Below, one piece after another: positions 38,493 through 50,100 of a stretch of DNA of 64,000 nt; the first letter of the stretch is position 1, and each line of letters opens with the position of its first letter. Origin of the DNA: Carpediemonas membranifera BICM (taxonomy: Eukaryota > Protista > Fornicata); the NCBI GenBank assembly GCA_019828565.1, contig JAHDYR010000005.1, positions 1,171,370-1,235,369 on the forward strand, written 5' to 3'. The notes under the pieces were generated by a model, which made no database searches, was not told the origin of the DNA, and worked only from the letters and a program-made list of their open reading frames with translations. The position numbers and the translations under genes were made by a program.

Positions 38493-39887
38493 TTACTTCT
38501 GGTGCTTTTCCTGCTCTCTCTTCTCCATCAGGTCGTCATACTCGGCCCTCGTCAGCCTCACAGTTGTCATTCCGGCATCACGGATGTGCTGAAAGGCCTC
38601 ATCGGGCAGCTTCGGCATCCCGTCCTCGCTGTCGCTGCTGCTGCCCAAGTCTGACTCGCTCTCGTGATAGCGGCGAAGGCGAATGCGTCTGCTGGGCACC
38701 CTGGTCTTCATTGAGTCATAGAGCGGAGCGAGCCCACTTCCATTGGCCCCGCTACGGACACCCTCATCGGTATCTCTCTCAGACATATCACACTCAACCT
38801 GTTGTGACTGAACAAATGACAGGTTGTCGACGAGGCTATCCTCGGCATCGCTGTCTGAACTCTCCTCATCCTCCCACTCTCCTTCCAGCATCTCCAACCC
38901 GGCCTCATCGTCAGACTCGCCCTCCACCGCGGTCTCCGGCATCTCTGCCTCGCCAGCTGTCTCGTCAAACAGCGCCTCATCGTCAGACTCCCCCTCCCCC
39001 GTGTCGTCCCCCTCGGGCTTACGCTGGTCGTGGAGCTGGACCATCCTAATCCTGAGCTTGTTGTAAAGCCAGTCATCGAGCATCGGCGGCACCAGGTCGG
39101 CAGAGCTTCGGATCTCCGGGTTGAGATCGAGGATCGTTGGGCGCCGCGTGGTCGTTAAGTGACTGGACGCCAACTGGCGCCTGAACTGCTCATCGGTCAG
39201 GCTGATGCGCTTGTCCTTAATGACCTTACGAACCTTGGTCGGATCCCTGGGCCTGCCAGTCCGTCTTTGTGTCTCAATCACCCGCTTCTTGAGCTGATTG
39301 AGATCGACATGCACAGTGGGCGCATAGCGAAGCTGGTTGACACTGAGCCCGACCTGCTTGAGAGCCTCCGAGAAGGTGCTCGGCGCTACATGAGACAGTG
39401 CGGATGAGGCCTTGGAGAATACTATCCAGGCAGCGAGCTCTTCAGGAAGCTGAAGAGCTCGCTCGCTCACATCAATATCGCGGGCTGATGTGGCAGTCAT
39501 GCCTGTGTGGCTGATGATAAGAGCCAGCGCATTGTAGGGGAAGACTAGTCGGACAATAGCTTCCAATTCGACAGGCTCAAACTGCCCAAGCGGCTTGACA
39601 TTGTCTCTGCCGGAGTTTCGGAATGAGTTGACGGCACTGAGAGTGACAGCAGCGGTTGCCTTGCTCAATGATGCAGCAAAACCGGGCACAAGCGATCTAA
39701 CCTCCTCGGACCGGATCACGGAGAGCGCTTCGTCCTCGGTACTCCCTCGCTCACGTTGTACGAATTGAACGAACCGCGAAAGGTTGTTTGCGGCCGCTTT
39801 CCGGGAAGATTTCTTGCTGATGGTGCACAACCAAGCATTCTTCACGTCTTGCATGCTTGTTTCCATCTCCCGCGGGCTTCCTTCCAT
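38493..39887 (-). CDS. 464-aa protein with degenerate tyrosine-recombinase-like N-terminal half and acidic tail
   Basis: Intact ORF; LALIISHTGMT resembles box I with the catalytic R missing, NQLRY resembles HxLRH; paralog at 1-900. Confidence 0.55.
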   Translation of the reverse strand: MEGSPREMETSMQDVKNAWLCTISKKSSRKAAANNLSRFVQFVQRERGSTEDEALSVIRSEEVRSLVPGFAASLSKATAAVTLSAVNSFRNSGRDNVKPLGQFEPVELEAIVRLVFPYNALALIISHTGMTATSARDIDVSERALQLPEELAAWIVFSKASSALSHVAPSTFSEALKQVGLSVNQLRYAPTVHVDLNQLKKRVIETQRRTGRPRDPTKVRKVIKDKRISLTDEQFRRQLASSHLTTTRRPTILDLNPEIRSSADLVPPMLDDWLYNKLRIRMVQLHDQRKPEGDDTGEGESDDEALFDETAGEAEMPETAVEGESDDEAGLEMLEGEWEDEESSDSDAEDSLVDNLSFVQSQQVECDMSERDTDEGVRSGANGSGLAPLYDSMKTRVPSRRIRLRRYHESESDLGSSSDSEDGMPKLPDEAFQHIRDAGMTTVRLTRAEYDDLMEKREQEKHQK

Positions 39888-39888
39888 C

Positions 39889-40218
39889 GATATACGGATT
39901 TCAGACTTTCGTCATGCACAAAAATTCGAATCTCTCCAAATGCCCAAAACAGTGGTCAAACCGTGTTCAGGGGTACAAAAGAGTGCCATAGGCACGTTCT
40001 TGCATTCAAAAATATTCTAGAGGTCGTTCATAAATTCTCAGATGGCCAACAGTACGAAAGTCTGAAATCCATTTATCATGAGACCCGACAAATTTGAAAT
40101 CCATTTATCGGGTGGATACATCACTGTAGAGGGTATTCATGGATATAGGTGCCTTTTCGGTGCCGAGGGGAGTCAAAATTTGAGGTCGTGCAGGCAGAAA
40201 GTCTGAAATCCGTATATC
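39889..40218. repeat. 330-bp segment bounded by 22-bp perfect inverted repeats
   Basis: GATATACGGATTTCAGACTTTC (39889-39910) / GAAAGTCTGAAATCCGTATATC (40197-40218); partial internal copies near 40056 and 40096. Confidence 0.85.
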
Positions 40219-41123
40219 TCATCACTGCTTATAGATCCTGGCAGACAACGGCCTCTTGGCAACGCCTGAGGTGTAAGGATTCGCTTGCCTCTGTGTTGTC
40301 GCATCAGCTTCGCTGAAAACGGGGGAACTGACCCGCGCATTCGCGCACTTTATGCTCGCAACGAGACCGAAATGACGAACTGAAGAATAGGAAGAATACT
40401 GGCGGCTTTAACGATACAGGCATGCACTTATCACTAAGAAACATCAGTATGCGGGCGCAGAGCATCATTAAAGCAACAATTATCTCTAAACAACATCAAG
40501 TACCAAAAGTCCATCAGGACGAAACGATATGAACTATAAATGGAGCACAGATCAGTACAGATGATTTGAGAGTACCAGGCATGGCCAGAATACCGTAATT
40601 ATCGTCCGTTGATCCACGTGACCTCCATCTTGGTCGGTATCCAGAGAACGCCCGTCAGACGCTTGCAACGGAACATTTAGGGGGTGCATCCTGAATGGGG
40701 CCAGATTTGAGGGACCCTTGGTCTGACATGCCATGACCGAGTACTCTAGGGGCCTCCACAGTGCGTCCCGAGGTACGTTAGAGCACCACAGACCTTCCCC
40801 CAAAAGCTGACTCCTGGACCCCTTGGCCGGAGTTCGCCCGAAGCGTGCCTCGGCTTGAACTAACGGCAAGAGAGCATAAAATCAGCCCTTTCGAACCGTG
40901 TTTTATGCTCTGCTGCCGTTATAGAATTATTCAAAGGGCCCTCTCTTTGCGCTTTTTTTCTGGTTCGTGGGACGAAGTAGGGACGGACAAAAAAAGCACA
41001 TACGGAAGGTATTGGAGGTACTGAGGCCGCCTAGGTACATAGTTGCCGTGTGGATGGTTTCAGTTTATTACTTTTGGCACTCTATGTCCATTTTTTTATG
41101 CTCTCTTGCTGATAGTGCCGAAC

Positions 41124-42876
41124 ATGGACTTGCTAAAGTGGATTGAGAGCGCTAGCAAGGAACAGTACGATGCGATATTGGCTGCATACACCAAGGCAAC
41201 CACCAATCATGCCAAATGTGCTGTCCTTCGCGCGGTTTTGCTGGATGAACGGAAACTGCTCGATCTAGTCATCAGGAAGCGTTTGTAGTCATAGCAATGC
41301 TTATATAGGAATCAACCTGAACCATATCACCACGAAATTCCGCCTCACGAAGGACGAGAAGGAGGAGCTCCATGATAAGTTGAAGAAGCAGTTTATGGCA
41401 CTCGCCGGACCAAGAAGTTCCAAGAAGCTCGGCGCGCTGGCGAAGTGGGTTGACGACAACCAGGCTGATATCGTGTATAGCCAGGAGAAGCGCAAGGCGC
41501 GTAAGGCCATTATTGAGGCCATTGACGCCGAGGAGAAGGACAAGGGCAAGGGCAAAGCCGAGAGCGCTAAGAAAGAACCCGTCGACGATGAGAGTGGCGT
41601 GGACAGTGGTGAAGAGAGCGGCGTCGACGATTCTGAGTTGTGCGACAGTGAGAGTGAGGTGGACTTTGACAACGAGTCCGACGATGAGATTAGAGAACGC
41701 GCGATCAAGCGCCGGCGCGAGAGAAAGATCGCCCAGAAGCTCAAGGAGTGGGAGGACAATAACGCTCGCAACTACGTCCTGTGGCATAGAGTCCAGAAGG
41801 AGGTGCACGGCGAGCTTCGCATTCGCGCCTCTCGAGAGTCAGCTTCGGTTGCTGGGGACAACCACGTCGACGTCCAGTTCGACAGATACCTTCGCGTATC
41901 CAAGCTGCTCGAAATGAAGGACTGGATTCACAAAGACCTCCCATCTCTTCCGATGGAGGCACGAGTGCTCCATCACAAGGCGCAGAAGAGAGTACTCGAG
42001 CTGGAGGAGACCGTCACGAGGCTGCTGCAAGACGTGGGGTACGCAGCTGACATCTCCATGGGTGCCAGCCCGACACCCGCGCCGTTTCGCCGCGACCTAC
42101 CCCAGTCGGGCACACACCAAGCACGAACGAGTACCCCCCGCCGTACGGGGAAGAGCGACACAATCCACATGAAGCGCAAGGCCCTCATGACAATCCCTCA
42201 GAAGATCGCTGATGTCGATAGCAACTCAGAGGAGTCAGACGAGGAGGAGATGGTGACAGAGGAGAAGAAGCGCGAGGCACACGAGGAGGTGGTGACAGAG
42301 GAGAGGAAGGGTGAGTCACATGAGGAGGACGTGACCAAATGCGACGCCTGCATCCAGACTGAGCCGGAGACTCAGACTCGCATCACCTCTGAGGCCGCGG
42401 TGCAGACGTGCATCAACGCGGAGGCTCTCACGGCTGGCTGTACCGCGATTCATGTCAAGAGTGACGGCAACTGCGTTGCATATTGTCTCCAAGCCATTGA
42501 GTTGGGTGGCAGAGTTGATGGCGACTTCGAAAGGTGGCAGCGTGGCCTCTGCCAGTCAGTGAAGGCCAAGTACTGGTCTAAGAAGAATTTCACGGAGCGT
42601 AGCCTGACAGATCCGGACTCCGGCTACTATAACTCGAACGCCATCCGAGTCTGGGCGAGGAAACAGAAGCGGAACATCCTTGTTGTCCAGTCATACGACG
42701 GATACAACGGCATGCAAGGCATCTCCGCCATCTTATACCTGTTTGATGGCACCACCATGCTTGCACCCGATGCAGACTTGTGGGGGTTGACAGATAATTT
42801 CGCTATTGTCATCGAAGGCGATCCGGCTCACGCCACGCTGTACCAGAAGAAGTGCGAGGTCGTTGAGATTGAATAA
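41124..42876 (+). CDS. Acidic/charged protein with C-terminal OTU-like cysteine protease domain
   Basis: IHVKSDGNCVAYC (D-G-N-C) and distal PAHATLY in ORF 41380-42876; a putative 28-nt GT-AG intron at 41281-41308 joins the upstream exon in frame. Confidence 0.7.
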
Positions 42877-43647
42877 AGATTTGGATATGCCCGTGTAGCC
42901 AGCGGTTCATGACCTGCAGCAGACATTTGGACGTACAGCGGGATACCACATCAATTAGGTCACTTGCGGGCTAAGATTGTCGTTGTCGATCGTCATTCAC
43001 CGGAGGAGCAGGCCAGAGTCACTTGCCATCTGGCGCATCATGAGGAGATATTGGAATGTGATGATGTGTTTATTGACTAAATGAGCTGGAATTAGGCGGG
43101 TTTGATGTTGCTTACATGTTCTGTGGCATGCCTGATGTCCAAAGATGTATTTTGGCACAGTGATGTTGTTTAGTGTGCTCATTGCTGACCGCATAGTTAT
43201 CTGACGTCAATGTGTCGTGTTGATGGCAACAAATCGATGGTAGCTCGCACGTTTGAGGTAGTTGCTTGTTGCATCGATGCAACGCACTTTAAGGATTAAC
43301 CACCTGCACCCCATAGCCGTTTCCTAAGGCCAGATACGGTCCTCTGTAGCGTATATACACGCGTGAATTGGGACTAGATGGGACTAGATGCAGTGTTGTG
43401 GCATGATCTGCAAGATCGACCAGCCCCTGGATCACTTGGGCCTGCCTCCGTGCCCGGCCTGTTGCGATCAATGATGGTGATTACTTGCAACGAACGCGAT
43501 CACCGGAAATTACCTTACCTTACCTTACCTGCAGGTACCATGGGTGTTCGTTTTCGTCTCCAAACGCCATGGTGTAAGAGCATAAAGTGCATTTTCTGTT
43601 TACTGTGCCGTTGGGGATTGATGGCGCTGGCGTAGGGGTGCTGTGTG

Positions 43648-44279
43648 GGCGCCAGTGATGACGGCGCCAGGGATGAGACGCCAGGGATGAGGGAGCCAAG
43701 ATGAGGGAGCCAAGATGAGGGCGCCAGGGATGAGGGCGCCAGGATGAGGCGCCAGGGATGAGGGCGCCAGGATGAGGGCGCCAGGGATGAGACGCCAGGG
43801 ATGAGGCGCCAGGGATGAGGCGCCAGGGATGAGGCGCCAGGGATGAGGCGCCAGGGATGAGGCGCCAGGATGAGGCGCCAGGGATGAGGCGCCAGGGATG
43901 AGGCGCCAGGGATGAGGCGCCAGGGATGAGGCGCCAGGGATGAGGCGCCAGGGATGAGGCGCCAGGGATGAGGCGCCAGGGATGAGGCGCCAGGGATGAG
44001 GCGCCAGGGATGAGGCGCCAGGGATGAGGCGCCAGGGATGAGGCGCCAGGGATGAGGCGCCAGGGATGAGCGCCAGGGATGAGGCGCCAGGGATGAGGCG
44101 CCAGGGATGAGGCGCCAGGGATGAGGCGCCAGGATGAGGCGCCAGGGATGAGGCGCCAGGGATGAGGCGCCAGGGATGAGACGCCAGGGATGAGGGCGCC
44201 AGGATGAGGCGCCAGGGATGAGGCGCCAGGGATGAGGGCGCCAGGATGAGGCGCCAGGGATGAGGCGCCAGGAATGAGG
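43648..44279 (+). repeat. GATGAGGCGCCAGG minisatellite, second array
   Basis: Tandem array, more homogeneous than the first. Confidence 0.97.
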
Positions 44280-44645
44280 AGTACAGTATTAGAACCCCGA
44301 AAACACCATAATACCAACACCAATGAGCTTCATCAAAGAAAAGATATGCTCACTGGCGCCGGTTATGGCGTTTTCGGGGTTCGTCGACCATTCTGCTCCC
44401 AAATCTGCACCTGTATTTTCGTGAGCATGCCCGGGAGCTGGGCCAGACGAGTGGTGCCACAGGGACTAAGCTCCGCTGCTCAGCCTCTGCCAGGCGACAC
44501 TCGTCTGAATTCTGCACGAAAAAATTCAGACGACGAATGATGGGCAAAGGGCCGCGAAAACGCTGAAGTACCAGCGCAAGTAGAGCGGTTTGCAATAAAA
44601 TAGCTTACTTGCGCTGGTGCTGGCGTTTTCGGGGCCCTGAATTGC

Positions 44646-44850
44646 CCCGGGCGCTCTCCCGGGCTCCTCTCTCCCGCGCTCTTCTCCCCCGGGCTCCTCT
44701 CCCCTGGGCTCCTCTCTCCCGGGCTCCTCTCTCCCGCGCTCTTCTCCCCCGGGCTCTATCCTCCGGGGCTCCTGTCCCCAGCGCTCTTCTCCCCCGGGCT
44801 CTATCCTCCGGGGCTCCTGTCCCCAGCGCTGTTTCCCAGGCGCTCTGCTC
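44646..44850 (+). repeat. Pyrimidine-rich minisatellite, second short array
   Basis: Same units as 36458-37470. Confidence 0.9.
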
Positions 44851-45271
44851 TCTCCAGCGTCCTCACTCGTAAATGTACGTTGCTGTCTTGTCTGCTTGAT
44901 CTGATTTCATTTAGTGTGCACTTTAGGGGATAGTTTCATTGCAACGCCAAAATGGCGAGTTCAGGTTGTAGCAATGATCTGATGCGCGGAATGTACTAGA
45001 AAACATTGCAATTACAACGCAAAGCAGCGAAAAGCGGAGAAATCAACATCAATAACAACATCAACACCAAAAGAACAGTATCCCAAAGAATTGTGGGCGT
45101 TGCTGCGCCAAAGAGCAATAAATGACCACAAAGCATTCGCTTATGCACAATTAGCTGCCAGAAAGAACACTACACCGTTACTTTGGATCATTCCAGTTCG
45201 CCGGAGATGACGCAGGTCCAGAACGCTGCCTTGGAGGGCTGGTGAAGCGGTAGTGTAGCGCTTACTCGCCA

Positions 45272-45500
45272 AGCGGGCGATGGTCTCGACGGGACGGTTG
45301 ACGGTCTCAAGGTGGCCCTGCTCTTCGACGTACCAGGCGGACATGCCGATGACGGAGCGGCGCTGACCCTGGCGGACGTTATCCTCGCCCTGGGTGAAGC
45401 TGTTCTTGCCGCAGTACACGTCGATACCGATGGTGAGGCAGGGCTGTAGCATGGAGGCCGAGAAACCATAAACTGCACGGATCCACAAACGTGGATTGGC
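45272..45500 (-). pseudogene. Argonaute/PIWI domain fragment
   Basis: QPCLTIGIDVYCG..RRSVIGMSA resembles the first PIWI strand (IGIDVxH..SxxG/A); high-GC3 codons unlike the flanks. Confidence 0.5.
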
Positions 45501-45544
45501 CTGAACGACAGCGCTGATGCCCAGACAGTCAGATATACATTCAT

Positions 45545-46283
45545 TTATTCCTGTCTCGCTCTCTTGCCTGTCGGATCGCGACGCTTGACCCACTCAAATG
45601 CCTCATCTGTGAGGTAGACAGACATGCCGCTGTCCTTATCCTTCCGAGTCGAAACCTTCTGTTTCGAAACCTTCCGAATCAAGGTTCGGCAAGGGTCTTT
45701 GGGTCTCGTTGTTGACATGCGACGGCAAGCCCACTCTGAGGTCTCGCATGAGCCCCCCGCACACGATGCAATGCCCTGACAGGACAAGCGGGGGGTCATT
45801 TGTATCGGCCATATCTGTCTTAAGCTGCTCCACCTGGCTAGGAGTCAGGTTGCGGGCCTTGATCGTACCCCCGGGTCTTGCCTGTGTCTTCGGGCCTGGG
45901 CCTCGGCTCATCCTGGTCTCTGACGTCCGAAGTCGTCATCGTTGCCTGCTCCAAAGTGGTGGGCTCCGGCTGAGACCTGACGCCTGGCAGCCTGCGCATG
46001 GTCTTACGGCCGCCGCTACGCAGCCTCTCAATATCCTTCTCAAGACTGTTGACCTTCGTCGTCAGCGCATGATGTTCACTTGTCGCGAACGAGCGACACT
46101 GGCGACTTAAGTAGCGCGATGAACGTCTTGCCTGTGTCTTCTGGCCTGGAAGAATAGCCCAAATGACCTCAGATGCAGCAAGTTCCATACATTCGATGCT
46201 TTCTGGAGTAAAATAGAAGCAAGCTGCCATAATCGCTGCAACAATCTTCCGCAAAAGGTCTCTGTCACGTGTATTATCAGCCA
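45545..46283 (-). CDS. Hypothetical protein with coiled coil and CxxC (frameshifted)
   Basis: Overlapping ORFs 45838-46368, 45636-45911 and 45545-45799; HCIVCG. Confidence 0.4.
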
Positions 46284-47139
46284 TCGTACTGTCACACCAT
46301 TTTGAACTCATCAAATATTGAGCGTACAATATCACGTAAAGGGGGGCGTTTTGGAGGAAATGACGCACAATACCGTTGCTTTAGCACTAGTTTGATATTG
46401 AAGGTTCACTTTCAAGACTTTTTGCGTGGTCACCTTTGGAAGGTGACAGTGCAACACCCGAAATTTTGTCTATACACGTCATATACAAGGTCTAATGCAT
46501 CTTTGCCAACCACTTTTAGCGTTTGTATGTGTCAGACGATCGAGTTCTGAAGAGCGACTTTGGCCAAGTCATGCGACCTTATCCTGCACTGACGATACGA
46601 AAACCGATCATAAATATTTATTGAGACATCTGCATGCAGTATTAATGTGTCCAGAGGTGAAGCTAGGTCTATAGAGTACGCACACCAACTTTAGAACTGA
46701 TCCGCGAGATTCGATCAAAATCGATCAAAGAAACTGGAACCAATTCTGGAACCATTTGTTCCAGAAAAGGTACCAGAATTGACTGCATGGCCTTATGGTT
46801 ACCCTCCTGTTTGGCTGCTGCGCCCCGATACCTCGCACGTACGTGTATACATGTGCATACGTGCCCCGCCCTATGGCTCTGGGTTGTTTCTTATACGTGT
46901 GAAGAGTGTGCCGGTTCTGCCGGCTGAATGTTGTCTACGTTCCCAGTATGGGTGAGCGTTTGTGTGTTAGCGAGATTAGTGTTCGGGGTTGAGTCCCCCT
47001 TCCGCGGCTGGGTGCTACCGGGATACGTGGGGCTTGCGTCACCCGCTGATCCCAGGAGCGCTCCGCTTCGGTTGAGGCGGGGGGTTGGGTCCCAGTTTGA
47101 CCCTGGTCCCTGAGGTCATAGGATTCTGGGATGGTGTAC

Positions 47140-50100
47140 TTACCCATCTTTCCGGAGGTTCAGAAGGGCACGTCTGCCGTTCTGCAGTCCCTCTCTGACG
47201 GTATGGTCCTCGCTGCGGAGGAGCCAGAGCATTTCCAGGATTGCCCTTGAGTTGTACCACTCCGCCTCCTGCCCTTGCCTTAGGGCGTGGTACTGTGTGC
47301 GTAGATGCGCCTCCGCCAGGATGTCATTCCATCCTTCTGGGCGTTCTACCGCCTTGCATTGGCAGATGATGTGGCTTTGTGTTCCCAGGGGCTGGTTGTA
47401 TGCCCATTCTGAGAGGATTTTGGTGGTTTCCGCCGCGGTTCTGGTGACAGTGTACAGGCGAGTAATGGTGTCACCTTCTGAGTCCAGGGTACATAGGGGG
47501 CAACACCGCTTGATCCTGCTCAGGAGGGCCTGGGGCTGGCCGATCGCGCTCCCAAGTATGGCTCTGCTTCTGCCACTGTTGCTGGGGGAGGGGAGTGTGT
47601 TGGATGCAGTCATGATTACTCTCTTGACTTCCCGTCTGGTTATCATCTCACCCTTGATCATTCCTGGTTTCTTGGGTCTCTTCCCTTGCTGCATGCTGAG
47701 GATGACTTCCGGGGCTAGTACTGTTGCCACCCCTTTGGCCGTTCGGCTCCCGGTGTGCAGTAGTTCTTCTGCTGTGAGGGTCCAGCCTCCCCTCTTTGCT
47801 CTTTCCCTGGCGGGCATCTCCTCCTGTGTGCTCTGGAGGACGCTTCGTCGCCATTGGTAGAGGCGATGTAAGACCGATCCTCTCTCCGCTGTCGCCCAGT
47901 CCAGATTCCCTAGGGGGGTCGGACGGTCCGGGTCGTGCGCAGACTCATAGAGCCTCACCGCTCTCTGCCCCATATCTGCCTCCCAGCACATCCATCCCAT
48001 TAGTACACGGGCGGCTCCTCCTCCCCCTGGTCCTGTGCCTGCCATTAGGCCGCGCCAGTTGTTCCAGATGGCTCTTCCCCCTGGCGCTTGGCCCCAGATC
48101 TCGATCCCGAACTCGATCTTGGGCCAGAGGAAGGTTCTGAGGATGGATTCCGAGGTGGCGGCCGGGGTGGATCCTTTGGTCCACCCTGCTCTCCTTGCCA
48201 GGGCTAGGTATTTCCGGGATTGTGACGTCTTCATTTTGATGCATGCTGCCAACGGATTCTTCCCGCTGGCTAGCCAGAGTCCCAGATACCTTGCTGAGTC
48301 TGACGCCAGTGTGGGAGTTCCTTGGATACTGACCGCTGCAGTTACGTCGGTACTTATCACCACACTTTTGCCTGGGCTGGTCTGGAGTCCATGGGCTTCA
48401 ATTACCCTGACCACTGCGTCTGTGCCTTCTTCGGCGAGCTGCGGGGTCTCGGCTGAGATGCTTGTATCATCTACAAACATTGCAATGAGGCAGTTTTTGG
48501 GCCTATCGTCCGTTGGAGGGAGGCAGGGGTCCGGGATCTCTCTATGCCGGAGGTACAGTGCCGCCTGGCTTAGCCAGTTAGCTGTGAAGAGAATGAACAG
48601 AGTGGGGGCCACCACACATCCTTGCTTGACCCCCATGTTTGTTCTGGACCATGTGCTTGCCCCTCGTACCGAGATGTACGTTTCTGTAAGTGTATTTCGG
48701 ATGGCCCTCGTCAGTCTTGGGTGTACCCCCATGAGCGTCAACTTGTTCACCAGCAGGTCCCTTGGGACCGTATCATATGCTTTTGCTATGTCAAGTAGGA
48801 CGCTGGTACGGTTTCCGGACTGGTGTAGTTGGGCTAGGAGGGCTATGTGATCCACTACAGTTTTCCCTTTCATGAACCCAACTTGCTCTCTGGGGATGAA
48901 CTTCTCCACCGTCGGCCTGAGGCGCCATTTCAGTATCCTCCCGTAGGCTCTGTATAGGAGGGGGGTGAGGGAGATCGGTCTGTACGAGCTGGGCGTGAGC
49001 TTGTCCTTCCCAACCTTGTGGATAGGCGACACCGCTGCATGCTTCCATGTGGTTGGCATGGTCCCGCTGTCGTATACTTTCGCGAGCAGGACTGTGATTG
49101 CCTCGTACGCTGACTCGGGGAGGTCCCTCAGACAATCTCCAATAATCCCGTCCGGGCCTCCGGCCGAGGACTTCCTTATGGACTTGACCGCCGCTGTCAC
49201 TTCTTCAAGCGATGGCGGATGGTCCTCAATGTCCGTTTCCGGCTCGGTTTCCCAGGTGGGTTCCTTCCCGGAGCTTACCTTCGCGTACTGCTCCTGGAGG
49301 GAGTCTGCAATCTCCCTCTGCCTTGCTAGAATCTTGTTTCCAGCCTTCAGCATCACCGGGAGACCGGCGTGCTGCTTCTCGTTCCAGAAGCGGAACACTT
49401 GGTTTGCGAGGATCCTTTTTGTCGTTTTGTACCCATCACGGGATCCAACCTCAACCTGCTCATTCCAGTCATGTTGGAAGGTCCTCCATGATCTGCTCAG
49501 TGCTCCGTTGAGGGACTTTTTGATATCTTTGGCGGCGGTTTTGCTCCAGGTGGAGGCTTTGGCCAGCCGTTCCCATACCTCACTAGGGATACGTTCCTGG
49601 TTTTCTACAGCGAATGGGTGCCTTCTGGAGGTAGCAAACCCGGTGGACAACCATTTCCTTATGAGAGTCTCCATCTCGTCCACTGGTATTTTGCTGTCTA
49701 GTGGTGGCCACTCTTCTAGCTTGGGCCCTGTTCTCCTGGGTTTGACCAGCCACGTATCGATCCGTGGGATTTCCAGTCTCTTTGATATCTCTGGTTTCCC
49801 TGTCGGGTTGCTATCCCAGGTGAGCTCTATGGCTTTGTGTGCCGACCCCCAGTGCCCGATTGTGGTCTTGTCTATTACCCTAACAACCGGGTTTTGGATA
49901 CCCCCTGTTACCGCTGCATAGTCTATTGTGGACGTTCGGGAGTTAGTCCCGTACGTCGGTGCAGTTGGTGCTATTGGGGTGAGGTTCCATCGCTGGAGGG
50001 TCATCGCAGTTGCTTGCCTGAGTTTCCCTGGCCTCCTGTTCCAGTCCCCGATGATGATGATGTCACACCCCTCATAGTTCGCGACGGTTTGCTCTAGCAT

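Larger units (their letters stand above)
33802..46789. mobile_element. 13-kb TIR DNA transposon without recognisable transposase (CMC-like, cargo-bearing)
   Basis: Perfect 56-bp TIRs at 33802-33857 and 46734-46789 starting CATGCAGTCAA; apparent 2-bp TSD GC. Confidence 0.92.

Noticed and set aside
40670-40870. RNase P RNA (GGGAAGGTCTG on the minus strand)
   Set aside because: No convincing CR-V motif downstream; the segment resembles LINE UTR sequence more.
33802-46789. Polinton/Maverick or virophage
   Set aside because: No protein-primed PolB, capsid, packaging ATPase or integrase; short TIRs and no 6-bp TSD.
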